This document shows, in pieces, positions 40,282 to 51,866 of a stretch of 57,121 nt of DNA. Position 1 is the stretch's first letter. Each line of letters opens with the position of its first letter. The translations under genes and the position numbers were made by a program. The notes under the pieces are model-generated. The model had not been told where the DNA came from and did no database searches. It saw nothing but the letters and a program-made list of their open reading frames with translations. Source of the stretch: Macrostomum lignano (Eukaryota); contig NIVC01004167.1 of assembly GCA_002269645.1 (NCBI GenBank), positions 1 to 57,121 of the forward strand, written 5' to 3'.

Positions 40282-43200
40282 TCAAACTGTCAGGGTACCG
40301 TTAATGTACTTGGCCCATTCGATAATGTTCCTGGTGCAGACCACGCACCTGGCTATGTGGCCAGTGCCGCTCGCGTAGGTGAAGGTCTCCGATTTCAGCA
40401 CGGGTTCCTCTGTCTCCGTGGCGCGCAGCCACAGGGTGTGAAAGTCTTTGAAGTAGCCGCAGCTGCCCTCGCCTCGGCATTCGATGAACATGTTCTTCTT
40501 GAACCTTAGGCAGCTGCCTGGCGAGGACAGAGGCTGCACCGAATCTCCGGGGGTTTGGCGGCCGAACTGCGGTGGGGGCGACGGGTTGCTGCTTGTAGAT
40601 GTCTGAGTGTGCTTGTGGATGGCTGAGTGTGCTTGTGGGTGGTTGAGTGTGCTTGTGGATGTCTGAGTGTGCTTGTGGATGTCTGAGTGTGCTTGTGGGT
40701 GGCTGAGTGTGCTTGTGGATATCTGAGTGTGCTTGTGGATGTCTGAGTGTGCTTGTGGGTGGCTGAGTGTGCTTGTGGATATCTGAGTGTGCTTGTGGAT
40801 GTCTGATGGTGCTTGTGGGTGGCTGAGTGTGCTTGTGGATGTCTGATGGTGCTTGTGGGTGGCTGAGTGTGCTTGTGGATGTCTGAGTGTGCTTGTGGAT
40901 GTCTGAGTGTGCTTGTGGGTGGCTGAGTGTGCTTGTGGATGTCTGAGTGTGCTTGTGGATGTCTGAGTGTGCTTGTGGGTGGCTGAGTGTGCTTGTGGAT
41001 GGCTGAGTGTGCTTGTGGGTGGCTGAGTGTGCTTGTGGATGGCTGAGTGTGCTTGTAGGTGGCTGAGTTTGCTTGTGGATGGCTGAGTGTGCTTGTGGAT
41101 GGCTGAGTGTGCTTGTGGATGGCTGAGTGTGCTTGTGGGTGTCTGAGTGTGCTTGTGGGTGTCTGAGTGTGCTTGTGGATGGCTGAGTGTGCTTGTGGAT
41201 GGCTGAGTGTGCTTATTAAGCGTAAATATAGTCATTGACAGTTTGATGCCAATAGATACTCACTGTTAAGAGGCTGTGACCATCCCAAAGCGATCTCCAT
41301 CCCGAGGGACAATTCGGCCTAGTATTGGTGTAGTTGTGAAATGCGTACACCTGCAAATAGATGGAGAGTGGTGGTAACGAATGGATCTTTTTTTCGGTTT
41401 CTTAAAATTGATTTAAATACAGCGTACATTTTCTCAATGTACATTGCCTCAGTGCGTAGATGCTAATAAAGTAAACAATAGTTGCTACTAACCTTGCTGG
41501 GCGAATAGCACACGGCGCAACGACTGATGTACTGGGACATGTTCCTGTAGGTGTCCAAGTCCATTGCCATCTCCATGGTAACGGAGACGTCCGTGCTCAG
41601 CCAGTAGGACAGGCTGTTCCTCTGGGCATTGTGGCAGTTCTTGGAGTTCTCGCACAGGCTGAACGGCATTACGTTGAAGCGTCGAAGGCAGGAGCCGGGA
41701 CTGCCGAGGTCGTAGACTTTGCTGTACGAGTTCGAGAACACCGACATGAACGAGTAGCCGGCCCAAAGGCGCTGCGTGCCGCTGGACAGCCGGGAACGTC
41801 GGTCCGCTGACTGTGCAACGCGAACATGTCGCCCCGCAGGTTGCGACCCTCCGGACCGCGGTCACCGTCGCTGCCCGGCTCGCCTTTGGAACCGTTGTCG
41901 CCGCCGTCGCCGTGATCACCCTGCTGGCCTTTTGGCCCCGGCGGGCCCTTGTCGCCAATGGGCCCCGCCTCGCCCAGGTCGCCTTTTGGCCCCGGTGGTC
42001 CTCGCGGACCCCTCCCGCCGGCAAGGCCGTCGCGACCCTCTCGACCCGGCGCTCCCGGGGTGCCTTTCTCGCCAACCTCGCCAACCTGGCCGACGCTGCC
42101 GGTCACGGAGTCGCCCCGTTCACCTTTCTCACCGTCGCTGCCCCGGTCGCCGACTTGGCCGCTCTGGCCGCGTGAGCCCAATCTGCCCTTGTCGCCTTTA
42201 AACCCGGCGACGCCTTTGGCTCCGCGTTCGCCCAGCTCGCCTTTCGCGCCAACTCGACCGTCCGGACCGACCGCGCCCTTGCGACCCTGCTTGCCCAGCG
42301 GCCCAGACGAGCCTTCAACGCCTGTGACGCCTTTGTCGCCTTCCAGGCCTACGTTGCCCTTTTCTCCGGCCTGGCCCTTGTCGCCTTGCCGGCCCTTGAT
42401 AGCGTCCTGACCCTTCAAAGCATCTTCACCGGCCTTGCCTTTGACACCTTTAGGTCCTGTGTCGCCCAGCTCGCCTTTATCGCCTTTCTGCCCGTCGGTT
42501 CCGGTTTCGCCTTTGAGCCGACGTCGCCATCGCGACCCTTCTGGCCCCGGTCGCCCAAATCGCCCTTGTCACCGACCGAGCCCTTGCTGCCGGTGGCGCC
42601 TTTTACGTACACAGTGTTCACGTCACCGAGCTGGCCGCGGTCGCCCTTGTCCCCGGTGTCTCCGCTGTCTCCAGTGAAGCCTTTGTCGCCCACTGACCCT
42701 GTCGAGCCATTGTCGCCGCTAACGCCTTTCTGACCGCGCTCGCTAGCCTCGCCAATCTGGCCTTTCAAACCTTTAGCGCCTTGGTTGCCAAACGTGCCTT
42801 TCCGACCGACGTTGCCGTCGCTGCCGTTGACTCCTGGCTCACCGACAGGGCCGCGGTCGCCTACCGGCCCCTGGCACCCGTGTCACCCGGTGGACCCTGA
42901 GGACCGATGTCTCCGAGGTCGTCGCTGCGTCCGCCAGCCCCGCCGCGCATGCCTTTGGCGCCTTTCTCGCCCAACGGGCCCTTGGGTCCTCTGGGTCCCT
43001 TGTCGCCCGGTTGGCCATTCGGTCCCTTGTCGCCTAGGAAACCTTTGTAGCCTTGGTTACCGCGGTCACCCTGTGCAATATTTTTAATAATAACTGTAGT
43101 TTATATCCTTAAACTCCATTCTCTGTTCATGTGAATTGTGAACCAACCCCTTCTCTCCTGCTCCTATTTTCTTTTGATGAACGCTTAGCGCTCTGCCCGT

Positions 43201-46200
43201 CCGTCATCTCTCTTTTTCTTATTCTCCTCTTCCCCTATGTACATGTAGGCCCATCCTTTCCATGGCTTTCTTGCAATGCACGCTTGCCGCTTCTCGCTCC
43301 ACCCCGCCTGTTATTTCTCATCTCCTACACTCACACATTCGGCCTATGTACAAGCATGCCCCACCCCTCCCCAGGTTTTTTTCTATGTACGCTCTCTCTC
43401 TCTGTCTTTTGTCTCTCTCATCTCCTCACCCGTTCGTCTATGTACATGTAAGGCTCCCCTGTTTTATTATCGCCCATTAAAAGCGAAAATAAACTAACGA
43501 GAATGCTCCATGATGCTACCACTGTCTTTTTCACTACAGAACAAACTATACTCCTCATTGATTCATATTTTAAAACAAGACTGAATAGGCCTGATTATTG
43601 AAGTATAGCAACTTTAGATCCGCTTGGTCTCACCTGAGCACCCAGCTCGCCTTTCCTGCCTTCTCGGCCATCCATTCCAGCCGTGCCATTATCGCCAACG
43701 GTTCCCTTGGGACCCAGCGGCCCAGCCGGTCCGTTCGGCCCGCGAGGACCGACGTCGCCTTTCTCGCCGTCGGCCCGAAGGCTGCGTAGCCGCGCGGCCC
43801 GACGCTGCCATTGTCGCCTTTAGCACCGACTGGACCGTCGGGACCAGGCGGGCCACGGCTGCCAATATCGCCGAGCTTGCCCTTGGTGCCCTTGTACTCC
43901 TTGCCGGGCCAGCCGGGCAGCCCGACGTTGCCCTTCGGCCGGTGTCACCTTGAACTCCTTTGAAGCCGGTGTGGCCGACGGGTCCTTCAATACCGATCGT
44001 ACCGTTCTCACCTTTGTCGCCCTTGACTCCGACGTAGCCTTTCTCGCCTTGAACTCCTTTGTCGCCTTGCGGGCCTCGTTCGCCTGCGGTTCCGTTGGGA
44101 CCGATCGGACCCCGATCCCCGGCCTCTCCGAAGTCGCCCTTCTGACCCCGGTCGCCCTGAACGCCCTGGTAGCCCTTGGGGCCGATGGGGCCCGTCGGGC
44201 CTCTGCGGCCAGTCACGCCCTGGTTCCGATTGGTCCGGTTGCGCCCATCCAGTCCGGGCTCGCCTTTGTCGCCAGTTAAGCCGGTTGCGCCTTTCTCTCC
44301 TTTCTCACCCCGGTCGGCTGGATTCTCGTCGCCTCGCTCGCCTTTCTGCCCAGTCCGTCCCTTCTCGCCGTTTGCACCCTGTTCGCCAAAATCACCCAAA
44401 TAGCCGGTGGCACCTTTGATGCCGTTTGGCGCATCGTCGCCCGTCTCGCCGCGCGGGCCCGTATCACCTCGTTCGCCCTTGTAGCCGATGCTGCCATTCT
44501 CGCCGACGACGCCTTTGCTCGCGCTGCCTTCGACACCTTTGGGACCCTGGTCACCGCGACGGCCTTTCTGCCCGATGCTGCCATCAGTGCCGTTGTCGCC
44601 TTTGAGGCCTTTGACGCCTTTGAAGCCGAGGTCGCCCTTCTCTCCGACGTCGCCTCGAGCGCCCTGATCGCCGCGAGTCCCATTTTCGCCGCGGTCTCCG
44701 GTCTGGCCTTTCCGGCCGCGCTTGCCGTTCGGCCCTACGATGCCCTTCTCGCCGAGGCCGCCGTTGACAGCGGAATCGCCTTTGTCACCTTGCTCGCCTT
44801 TGAAGCCCAATTCGCCTTTGACGCCTTTGACGCCTTTACGATATTCGCCTGTCTCTCCTTTGATTCCTTTGGCGCCTTTGAAGCCTTTGGCCCCGGCGAT
44901 GGAGCTGGCGTTCTCGCCTTTAACACCGACGAAGCCTTTGGGGCCCTTCTCGCCTTTGTGACCTTTGTGGCGTTCCTGCCGTCCAGTCCGTGCGCCGCAT
45001 TGTCTCCCTGGCAGGGGCGGAAAGAAATAGTGAAATACTGTTGGAAACATTGTGGACCTACTCTGACTGCTCACTTTGGACCTTTCTTCTCGGAACTAAT
45101 TTTGGGACTTAATGTGTACATCTCTTTAAAAATTGTTTGGGACGGCTTTCAGGATTCATTTTATTTCATTTTGGCCTCCTTTAACTCTTTTAAAACATTT
45201 ACTTCAAGACAAATCTTTGGTACTTATTTTTTATTGTTTTAGCTCCTTTCATGACTCATAGCAAACTCAACAATTTTTCGACTTACCCTCTCGCCCTTGT
45301 CGCCAGTGTAGCCCTTGGCCCCCAATCTGGCGTCCTCGCCGAAGCTGCCCTTCTCGCCTTTTCGTCCAGCCTCACCGGTGCTGCCCCGTTCGCCTTTCTC
45401 TGGTGCCCTGGTGCCCTGCGGCGGCCGAACTTCGCCCGGCTCGCCCTTGTCACCTTCGAAGCCTTTGGCGCCTTCATTGCCTGGGAAACCCTGGGGATGC
45501 GCAATGACAGAGCGAGTTGTCGTCTATTCTTATTCTATTCTATATTCTCATCTAATTATCTAATCTCTTCTAATCCAATCCTACCTTATTCTATTCTAAC
45601 TTTTCGTTCTCCCTTGCTCACCTGCGGTCCCCGATCTCCGGCTTCACCTTCGTCGCCTCGCAGGCCGACGTCGCCAAAGTTGCCGGGGACCCCCTTGGGT
45701 CCGAGGTTACCGCGGTCGCCGGCTCGGCCCTTGGCGCCCTGGTCGCCCTTCTGGCCCTTCCTCGGCGCCGGCGGCGTGCAATCCTCGTAGCAGCCGCCTT
45801 TGGCCCCGACGGCGCCTTTCTTACCAGTCTCACCGGAGCTTCCGGGTGGCCCCTCCAAGCCTTTGACGCCCTTCGGTCCGCGCTCTCCCTTCGGCCCGAC
45901 TGTGTCGTTGCCGGTCGGCCCGGGCAGTCCAGGCACCCCGATGCCGCCCTTGAAGCCAGTCTCGCCCGGCGGGCCCTTGTCGCCGCGCTCGCCTTTGCCC
46001 GTGTCACCGAATACTCCGATATCGCCGACGTAGCCGATTCGCCCTGGCGGCCCTGTTGGACCTTTTTCGCCTTTCGGCCTTCCTCGCCCGGGTGTCCGGT
46101 CTCGCCGGCCAAGCCTCGATTGCCGTCCGAATGGCCGAATCCCTTGGCTCCGGTGGCGCCCGGCTCGCCCTTCCGGCCACGCTTGCCGACCGGACCGAGT

Positions 46201-49200
46201 TCGCCTGGAGAGCCTGCGGAGATGAGAGATGAGAGATAACGGACCTGATAAGATAACTGAGACAGTGGATGCGACATTACTAGCGTAGGTACGAGATAAC
46301 ACAAGGAGATAAGAGAAAATTAGTAAAGATAGGAAGTCAGAGATAAGAGATAAGAGTTGGCAGCTCGAAGATCAAATCTGAAAAGTTGTAAAGTAAATTA
46401 ATAGAAAATAGTCTTTTCAAACTGACTTACCCCTACTTCCCTGAGGTCCTGCATCACCAGTTGGACCAGGCGGCCCTTGGGGTCCCCTCGATGACGTCGT
46501 TGGACCAGGGTCTCCAGTTGGACCCTTAAGGAGAAAATTCGAGGCCGAATACCACCGATTGAACAGGCTGAAGGCTGTGTGCTGTTACTACCAAATATGC
46601 CTTTAACTAACAAGTTCAGCCTAACCAACCCTTCCTGCACATCCATCACCCTATTCTGAAACACCCACCACTAATGACCCATGCAGGCACACACCCGGCA
46701 CCGAGTCACTCAAACCCTAGCAAGCAAACCCACCACCCCATTCTAGCAAACTCACCACCCCTATTCAAACAAACCCACCAACCTCATTCCAGCAAACCCA
46801 CCAACCCCATTCCAGTAAACCCACCACCCCAAGTCTAGCAAACCCTCCACCCCATTCTAGCAAACCCACCACCCTAATTCGAACAAACCCACCACCCCCA
46901 TTCTAGCAAACCCACCACCCCATTTTAGCAAACCCACCACCCCTATTCTAGCAAACCCTCCACCCCATTCTAGCAAACCCACCGCCCCTATTCAAACAAA
47001 CCCACCACCCCAATTTCAGCAAACCCACCACCCCCATTCTAGCAAACCCTCCACCCCCATTCTAGCAAACCCACCACCCTAATTCGAACAAATCCAGCAC
47101 CCCCATTCTAGCAAACCCACCGCCCCTATTCAAACAAACCCACCAACCCCATTCAGCAAACCCACCACCCCCATTCTAGCAAACCCACCGCCCCTATTCA
47201 AACAAACCCACCATCCCAATTTCAGCAAACCCATCACCCCCATTCTAGCAAACCCATCGCCCCTATTCAAACAAACCTCCATCCCAATTTCAGCAAACCA
47301 CCACCCCATTCTAGCAAACCCACCACCCCATTCCAGCAAACCCACCAACCCCATTCCAGCAAACCCACCACCCCCATTCCAGCAAACCCACCGCCCCATT
47401 CTAGCAAACCCTCCACCTCTATTTCATAAAACCCACACCTCAGGACCACTCACCCGCATTCCTTTCTGTCCTTTTTTCCGGGGTCTCCTATATCGCCTTT
47501 GATGCCGATCTCTCCTGGGCCTCCTTTCCGTCCGGTGTTGCCGTCCTTGCCCGGCTCGCCTGCGACGCCACGCGACCCTACCTCGCCGCGAGGTCCCGGT
47601 TTGCCCGGCGGGCCCTTCACACCTGGGTCGCCGTTCCCTCCGGTACCACCTTGAATTCCGACAGTGCCCTGCAAATTAAATTACGAGCGTAATAGTTAAA
47701 AATCACCCCTATAATTTCAAGTTCTAGTATCGTCATTCAAGAACTTTACTACTAAATCCTAGCACTTAAGATACTCAAGTAAGCAAATCCATGTTTTTAC
47801 AACCCAAAACCAATCTTTACAACTCTTTAATCGTAAATCCGAACAATTGAACCTTTAATATCGACCAGAAAAAATTAAATCTCTTTTTCAACTCCCTAAT
47901 GATTGATAGTGCGAACTAAACTAAAAGCCGAAACAATCAGACTTCCCAATGATCAATAGAAATTCCGCATGATCATGACAGATTGAAGATCATCCCCAAT
48001 ATTAGCCAGCCGCCAGACCTGGTCACCCTTCACGCCTCGCTCTCCCTTAGGTCCAAGCTCTCCCTTGAAGCCTTTGTCCCCAGCTGGGCCGCTCATGTTA
48101 TTGACTAGAATGTCCAACAGCGAGTAGTTGCTCGATGTCAGGGCGATGCGAGTCTCGATGCCTGGACTGCCTTTTCGACCTTTTTCACCTTTGTAGCCCT
48201 GAAGACAGGTGGGAAGGTTAGTCCAATTGTCAATAATTAGAAATACGAGCGTACGAGCGTAAATCGATACTTTCGTCTGGTAGCAAATGAACGCGCTTTG
48301 CTCTCACCTTCGGGCCGATGACAAACTCTCCGATTCGGCCTTTATCGCCTCTCTGACCTCTCTGACCTTCGTATCCGAGTTGGCCCTGGAAGTAAGAATA
48401 GTTGAAATAGCTCTGAACGCTTTCCATGAATTATCAATAATTGTGCCTTAGGTCACTTGAGTTTTTCGTAAAGACCCGCGTGAGTTTCAAAATAAACACA
48501 GGTGAGTTGTAGAATAAGTGTACAATGATCGCACCTTGTTTCCTTTCTCGCCTTTGTAGCCCTTCTCGCCGGGAGGGCCTTCCGGTCCGGTCGGGCCGGG
48601 AAAGCCAATGTAGCCGGGGTCGCCCGGGTCACCTGGGAGGCCTTTGAGAGAGGCAAGCGACTCAGCCGGCTGGCCCTGGAAAAGAGAAGGGTTTGCCGGC
48701 AGCTTGTGTAAATTGCAAGTTGATACAGGTGTGGAGCGACGGGGAAGGGTTTGCTGGGCTGGCTGTCTGGGTGTGGAGCGATGGGCAAGGGTTTGCTGGG
48801 CTGGCTGTCTGGGTGTGGAGCGATGGGGAAGGGTTTGCTCGGCTGGCTATCTGGGTGTGGAGCGATGGGGAAGGGTTTGCTCGGCTGGCTATCTGGGTGC
48901 GGAGCGATGGGCAAGGGTTTGCTCGGCTGGCTATCTGGGTGTGGAGCGATGGGGAAGGGTTTGCTCGGCTGGCTATCTGGGTGCGGAGCGACGGGGATTG
49001 GTTTGCTCGGCTGGCTGTCTGGGTGTGGAGCGATGGGGAAGGGTTTGATGGGCTGGCTATTTGGGTGTGTAGCGATGGGGAAGGGTTTGATGGGCTGGAT
49101 ATTTGGGTGTGTAGCGATGGGGAAGAGTTTGAGGGGTTTCCTTTTCAGTACTAATTTCAGTCATATAGACCATCAAGATCATCGCCTTTGTTTCACCTTC

Positions 49201-50759
49201 CGACCCTGCGGTCCTCTGGATCCGTTGTCGCCCTTTTCGCCGAAATCGCCCGGAGCGCCCGGCTGACCCGGATCGCCCGGCCGGCCGCTGCATCCGGGCT
49301 CGCCTTTAAAACCGAACGTGCCGTCTACGCCTCTGGCACCTCGGGTGCCCTGTGGATGAGGTTTTTTTATTGAAAAAAGATGCATAGACAGATCTGAAGC
49401 AGGTATTAGTGGCAGTAACAAAAACTCACCTTCGGTCCCGTGTCTCCCTGAATGCCAACTTCGCCCGGTTCGCCCGTTGCACCTTTGAATCCTTTCGGTC
49501 CGTAGGGCCCCTCGGCGCCTTTCCGGCCTTTTTCACCTCGTGCTCCCGGAGGTCCAGCCAGGCCGTTAATGCCTTTGATGCCTTTAGGACCTCGATCGCC
49601 CTGAAGAGAGCAATGGGGTGAAGAGCTTTTGAGAATGGCTGCTTTGACCGGGTGTGAGAGATTGGAAAAAGGTTTGTGAAGTTGGCTATCTAAGTGTGGA
49701 GCGATGGGGGAAGGGTTTGTAGAGTTGGCTATCTGAGTGTGGAGCGATGGGGGAAAGGTTTGTAGAGTTGGCTATCTGAGTGTGGAGCGATGGGGGAAGG
49801 GTTTGTAGAGTTGGCTATCTGAGTGTGGAGCGATGGGGAAGGGTTTGTAGAGTTGGCTATCTGAGTGTGGAGCGATGGGGGAAGGGTTTGTAGAGTTGGC
49901 TATCTGAGTGTGGAGCGATGGGGGAAGGGGGTTTGTAGAGTTGGCTATCTGAGTGTGGAGCGATGGGGGAAAGGTTTGTAGAGTTGGCTATCTGAGTGTG
50001 GAGCGATGGGGGAAGGGTTTGTAGAGTTGGCTATCTGAGTGTGGAGCGATGGGGGAAGGGGGTTTGTAGAGTTGGCTATCTGAGGGTGGAGCGATGGGGG
50101 AAGGGGGTTTGTAGAGTTGGCTAAGTGTGGAGCGATTAAGTTGCATCATTAGTACAAGTTCACCAGATGACTTGACTGTTGCATTTTAGTCAAGTGATGA
50201 GTCATTTGCTTACCGCGTAGCCCTTGGCTCCGTCGCACATGCAAGGTTCGGTGGCGCAAGTCTGCAATGCAAAGCATCGTGGGGCAGCATGTTTTGTCGG
50301 CTTTTATGACGCATCAAAGGTGACCGAGGGGGTAGTTTCCCAGAAAATAAGAATATTTACAACTCCTCCACTAGGTGAATTACCAACATGCCTGTGTTGC
50401 AAGAAATTAACATATGATTGTCTTCATGATAGAGTTTTGTGAAACCAGCTCAGCGGATGACCAGTCACTAAATCGATGCAGCGACAAATAGCTATTTATA
50501 CATCACTTAAAATTGAAAAAATGGTGAGAAGGCCTAAAAAGCTTCAAGCCTGAAGGCCTAAAACGAAACTAGCTCGTAAGTAAATTGGCTACAAATTATA
50601 TCGACGGCTGTGGACTTCAGTATGAAAAAATCTGGAAAAATGCATCTTGAAACTCACCGCAGCCGACCTGACGGGCTCAGGAAGGCAGCTCAATGCAACT
50701 AGCAACGCAAAGAGAAGCAGCAGAGGCAGCCTGGGCGCATTACGACGGCGTTGCTCCAT
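40282..50759 (-). CDS. COL4A1: Collagen type IV alpha chain, alpha1-like, ~1770 aa after correcting 8 apparent 1-nt deletions. Exons 50759-50658, 50261-50214, 49600-49430, 49349-49197, 48675-48535, 48385-48308, 48198-48019, 47668-47454, 46524-46431, 46213-45622, 45490-45287, 45007-43634, 43070-41493, 41350-41264, 40566-40282
   Basis: Signal peptide [25 protein letters not shown]; 7S Cys exon [14 protein letters not shown]; long interrupted Gly-X-Y; two NC1 (C4) repeats [46 protein letters not shown] and [37 protein letters not shown]. The alpha1-like label is inferred from the single-exon signal peptide and the head-to-head partner. Confidence 0.9.
40590..41215. repeat. 20-bp minisatellite (GAGTGTGCTTGTGGATGGCT) filling the last collagen intron
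   Basis: Directly visible; it extends the 40282-41235 ORF artefactually. Confidence 0.95.
46720..47425. repeat. ~22-bp degenerate minisatellite (CAAACCCACCACCCCCATTCTAG)
   Basis: Directly visible, collagen intron 8. Confidence 0.9.
48725..49130. repeat. 42-bp minisatellite (GGGTGTGGAGCGATGGGGAAGGGTTTGCTCGGCTGGCTATCT)
   Basis: The 14-aa periodicity of the ORFs here corresponds to a 42-bp unit; collagen intron 4. Confidence 0.92.
49680..50132. repeat. ~43-bp minisatellite (GTTGGCTATCTGAGTGTGGAGCGATGGGGGAAGGGTTTGTAGA), related to the 42-mer
   Basis: GTTGGCT at 49681 and 49724; collagen intron 2. Confidence 0.92.
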
Positions 50760-51866
50760 TGAGATCACGCAAGTCCCGGGTGAAGCTCAATGCCGTCTCC
50801 GTTGCTCCGGAAGCCTTTCTAACCAGTATGCTAGCAGGGTTTATCAATCTGTTCTCTTCACCAAATTGGATCCAACTGTTGGACGGCGGCAATGTGCGGC
50901 TGCTGCGGCGTTGCTAGGAAAATGCAAAACCGATTCCTGGGCGGATGGGTGGGTAGCGCCGCTTGTACGCGCCGCCAGGTGATGCGCAGAAGCGTTTCCT
51001 TTCCTTCTTCTGCCCGATCTCCTCTCGGCCCGGTTAGGGGAAGGTATAGTTTTAGCAAAAGCTGGAACGTGGAGGGAAGTTTAACTGCGCTCTGATGCGC
51101 TACGACTGGGCGCTCCGGAGTTGCGCCATCTTCCTCTTCTTTTCCCTAGAAGAAGACCAAGAACTGCGCATAAACCGGTAATGGGGGTGAAGGCAGGGCA
51201 GGCTAGGATGCAGCATCCGCAGCATCCGGGATGACGGGATGCGGAATTCGCCGGACAAATTTGGTACATTCGCTGCGCTCTTGTGCGCGCGGCAGTGCGT
51301 CAGACCCGGCCGGGGGCTTGTAGCAGCATTCGCGCAAGCAGCAAACTTGGACGCTCTACCGGAACCGCGCGCGACTGACTGGGCCAGATCGAAAACTCCA
51401 GAGGGTCGGGGCTGGGCTTAGAGGGGTTCGGGTAGGGTAAGGCGGAACCAGTGCGCGTTCGCCATTCACCTTGAAGAAAGAGAGGCGGAGAGGACGAGGA
51501 AAAGTTAGGCTGGGCCAGAAATTTGCTTTCACTTGCCAGTCTCTGAACCCCGCAATCCGTCCACAAATGGCGCACAAGTAGCGAAAGTAGCGTTTCTACC
51601 CCGATATTCTGCGGCCTCATCCCCGCTTCCGAACTTCCCTCTCCTCTCCCAGTCTCCTATTTTCTCTCTCTCTCTCTATTCGGGTTTGATTTCGCAGCAC
51701 AGCAACGAACCTCGCCGAGCGTTGCCTCTCTCGAGGATATCTCCAATTGCTTCCGGACCCTCGAGCAGAGCCGTGTCCAGAGCAGCCAGCGGGTGTCCAT
51801 TGTATTGTAGCGAATAGGTAACTGGAAGACGTCGGGTAAAGATCAAGGGGAACTTTGTCTGGTGGC
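50760..51866. promoter_or_regulatory. Putative shared bidirectional promoter / 5' regions of the collagen IV pair
   Basis: 1107 bp between divergent ATGs (50759 on -, 51867 on +); free of tandem repeats and CpG-rich. TSS positions cannot be read from sequence. Confidence 0.6.

Noticed and set aside
41776-46033. Pro-rich plus-strand ORFs over the collagen exons
   Set aside because: Antisense shadows of GC-rich Gly-X-Y coding sequence.
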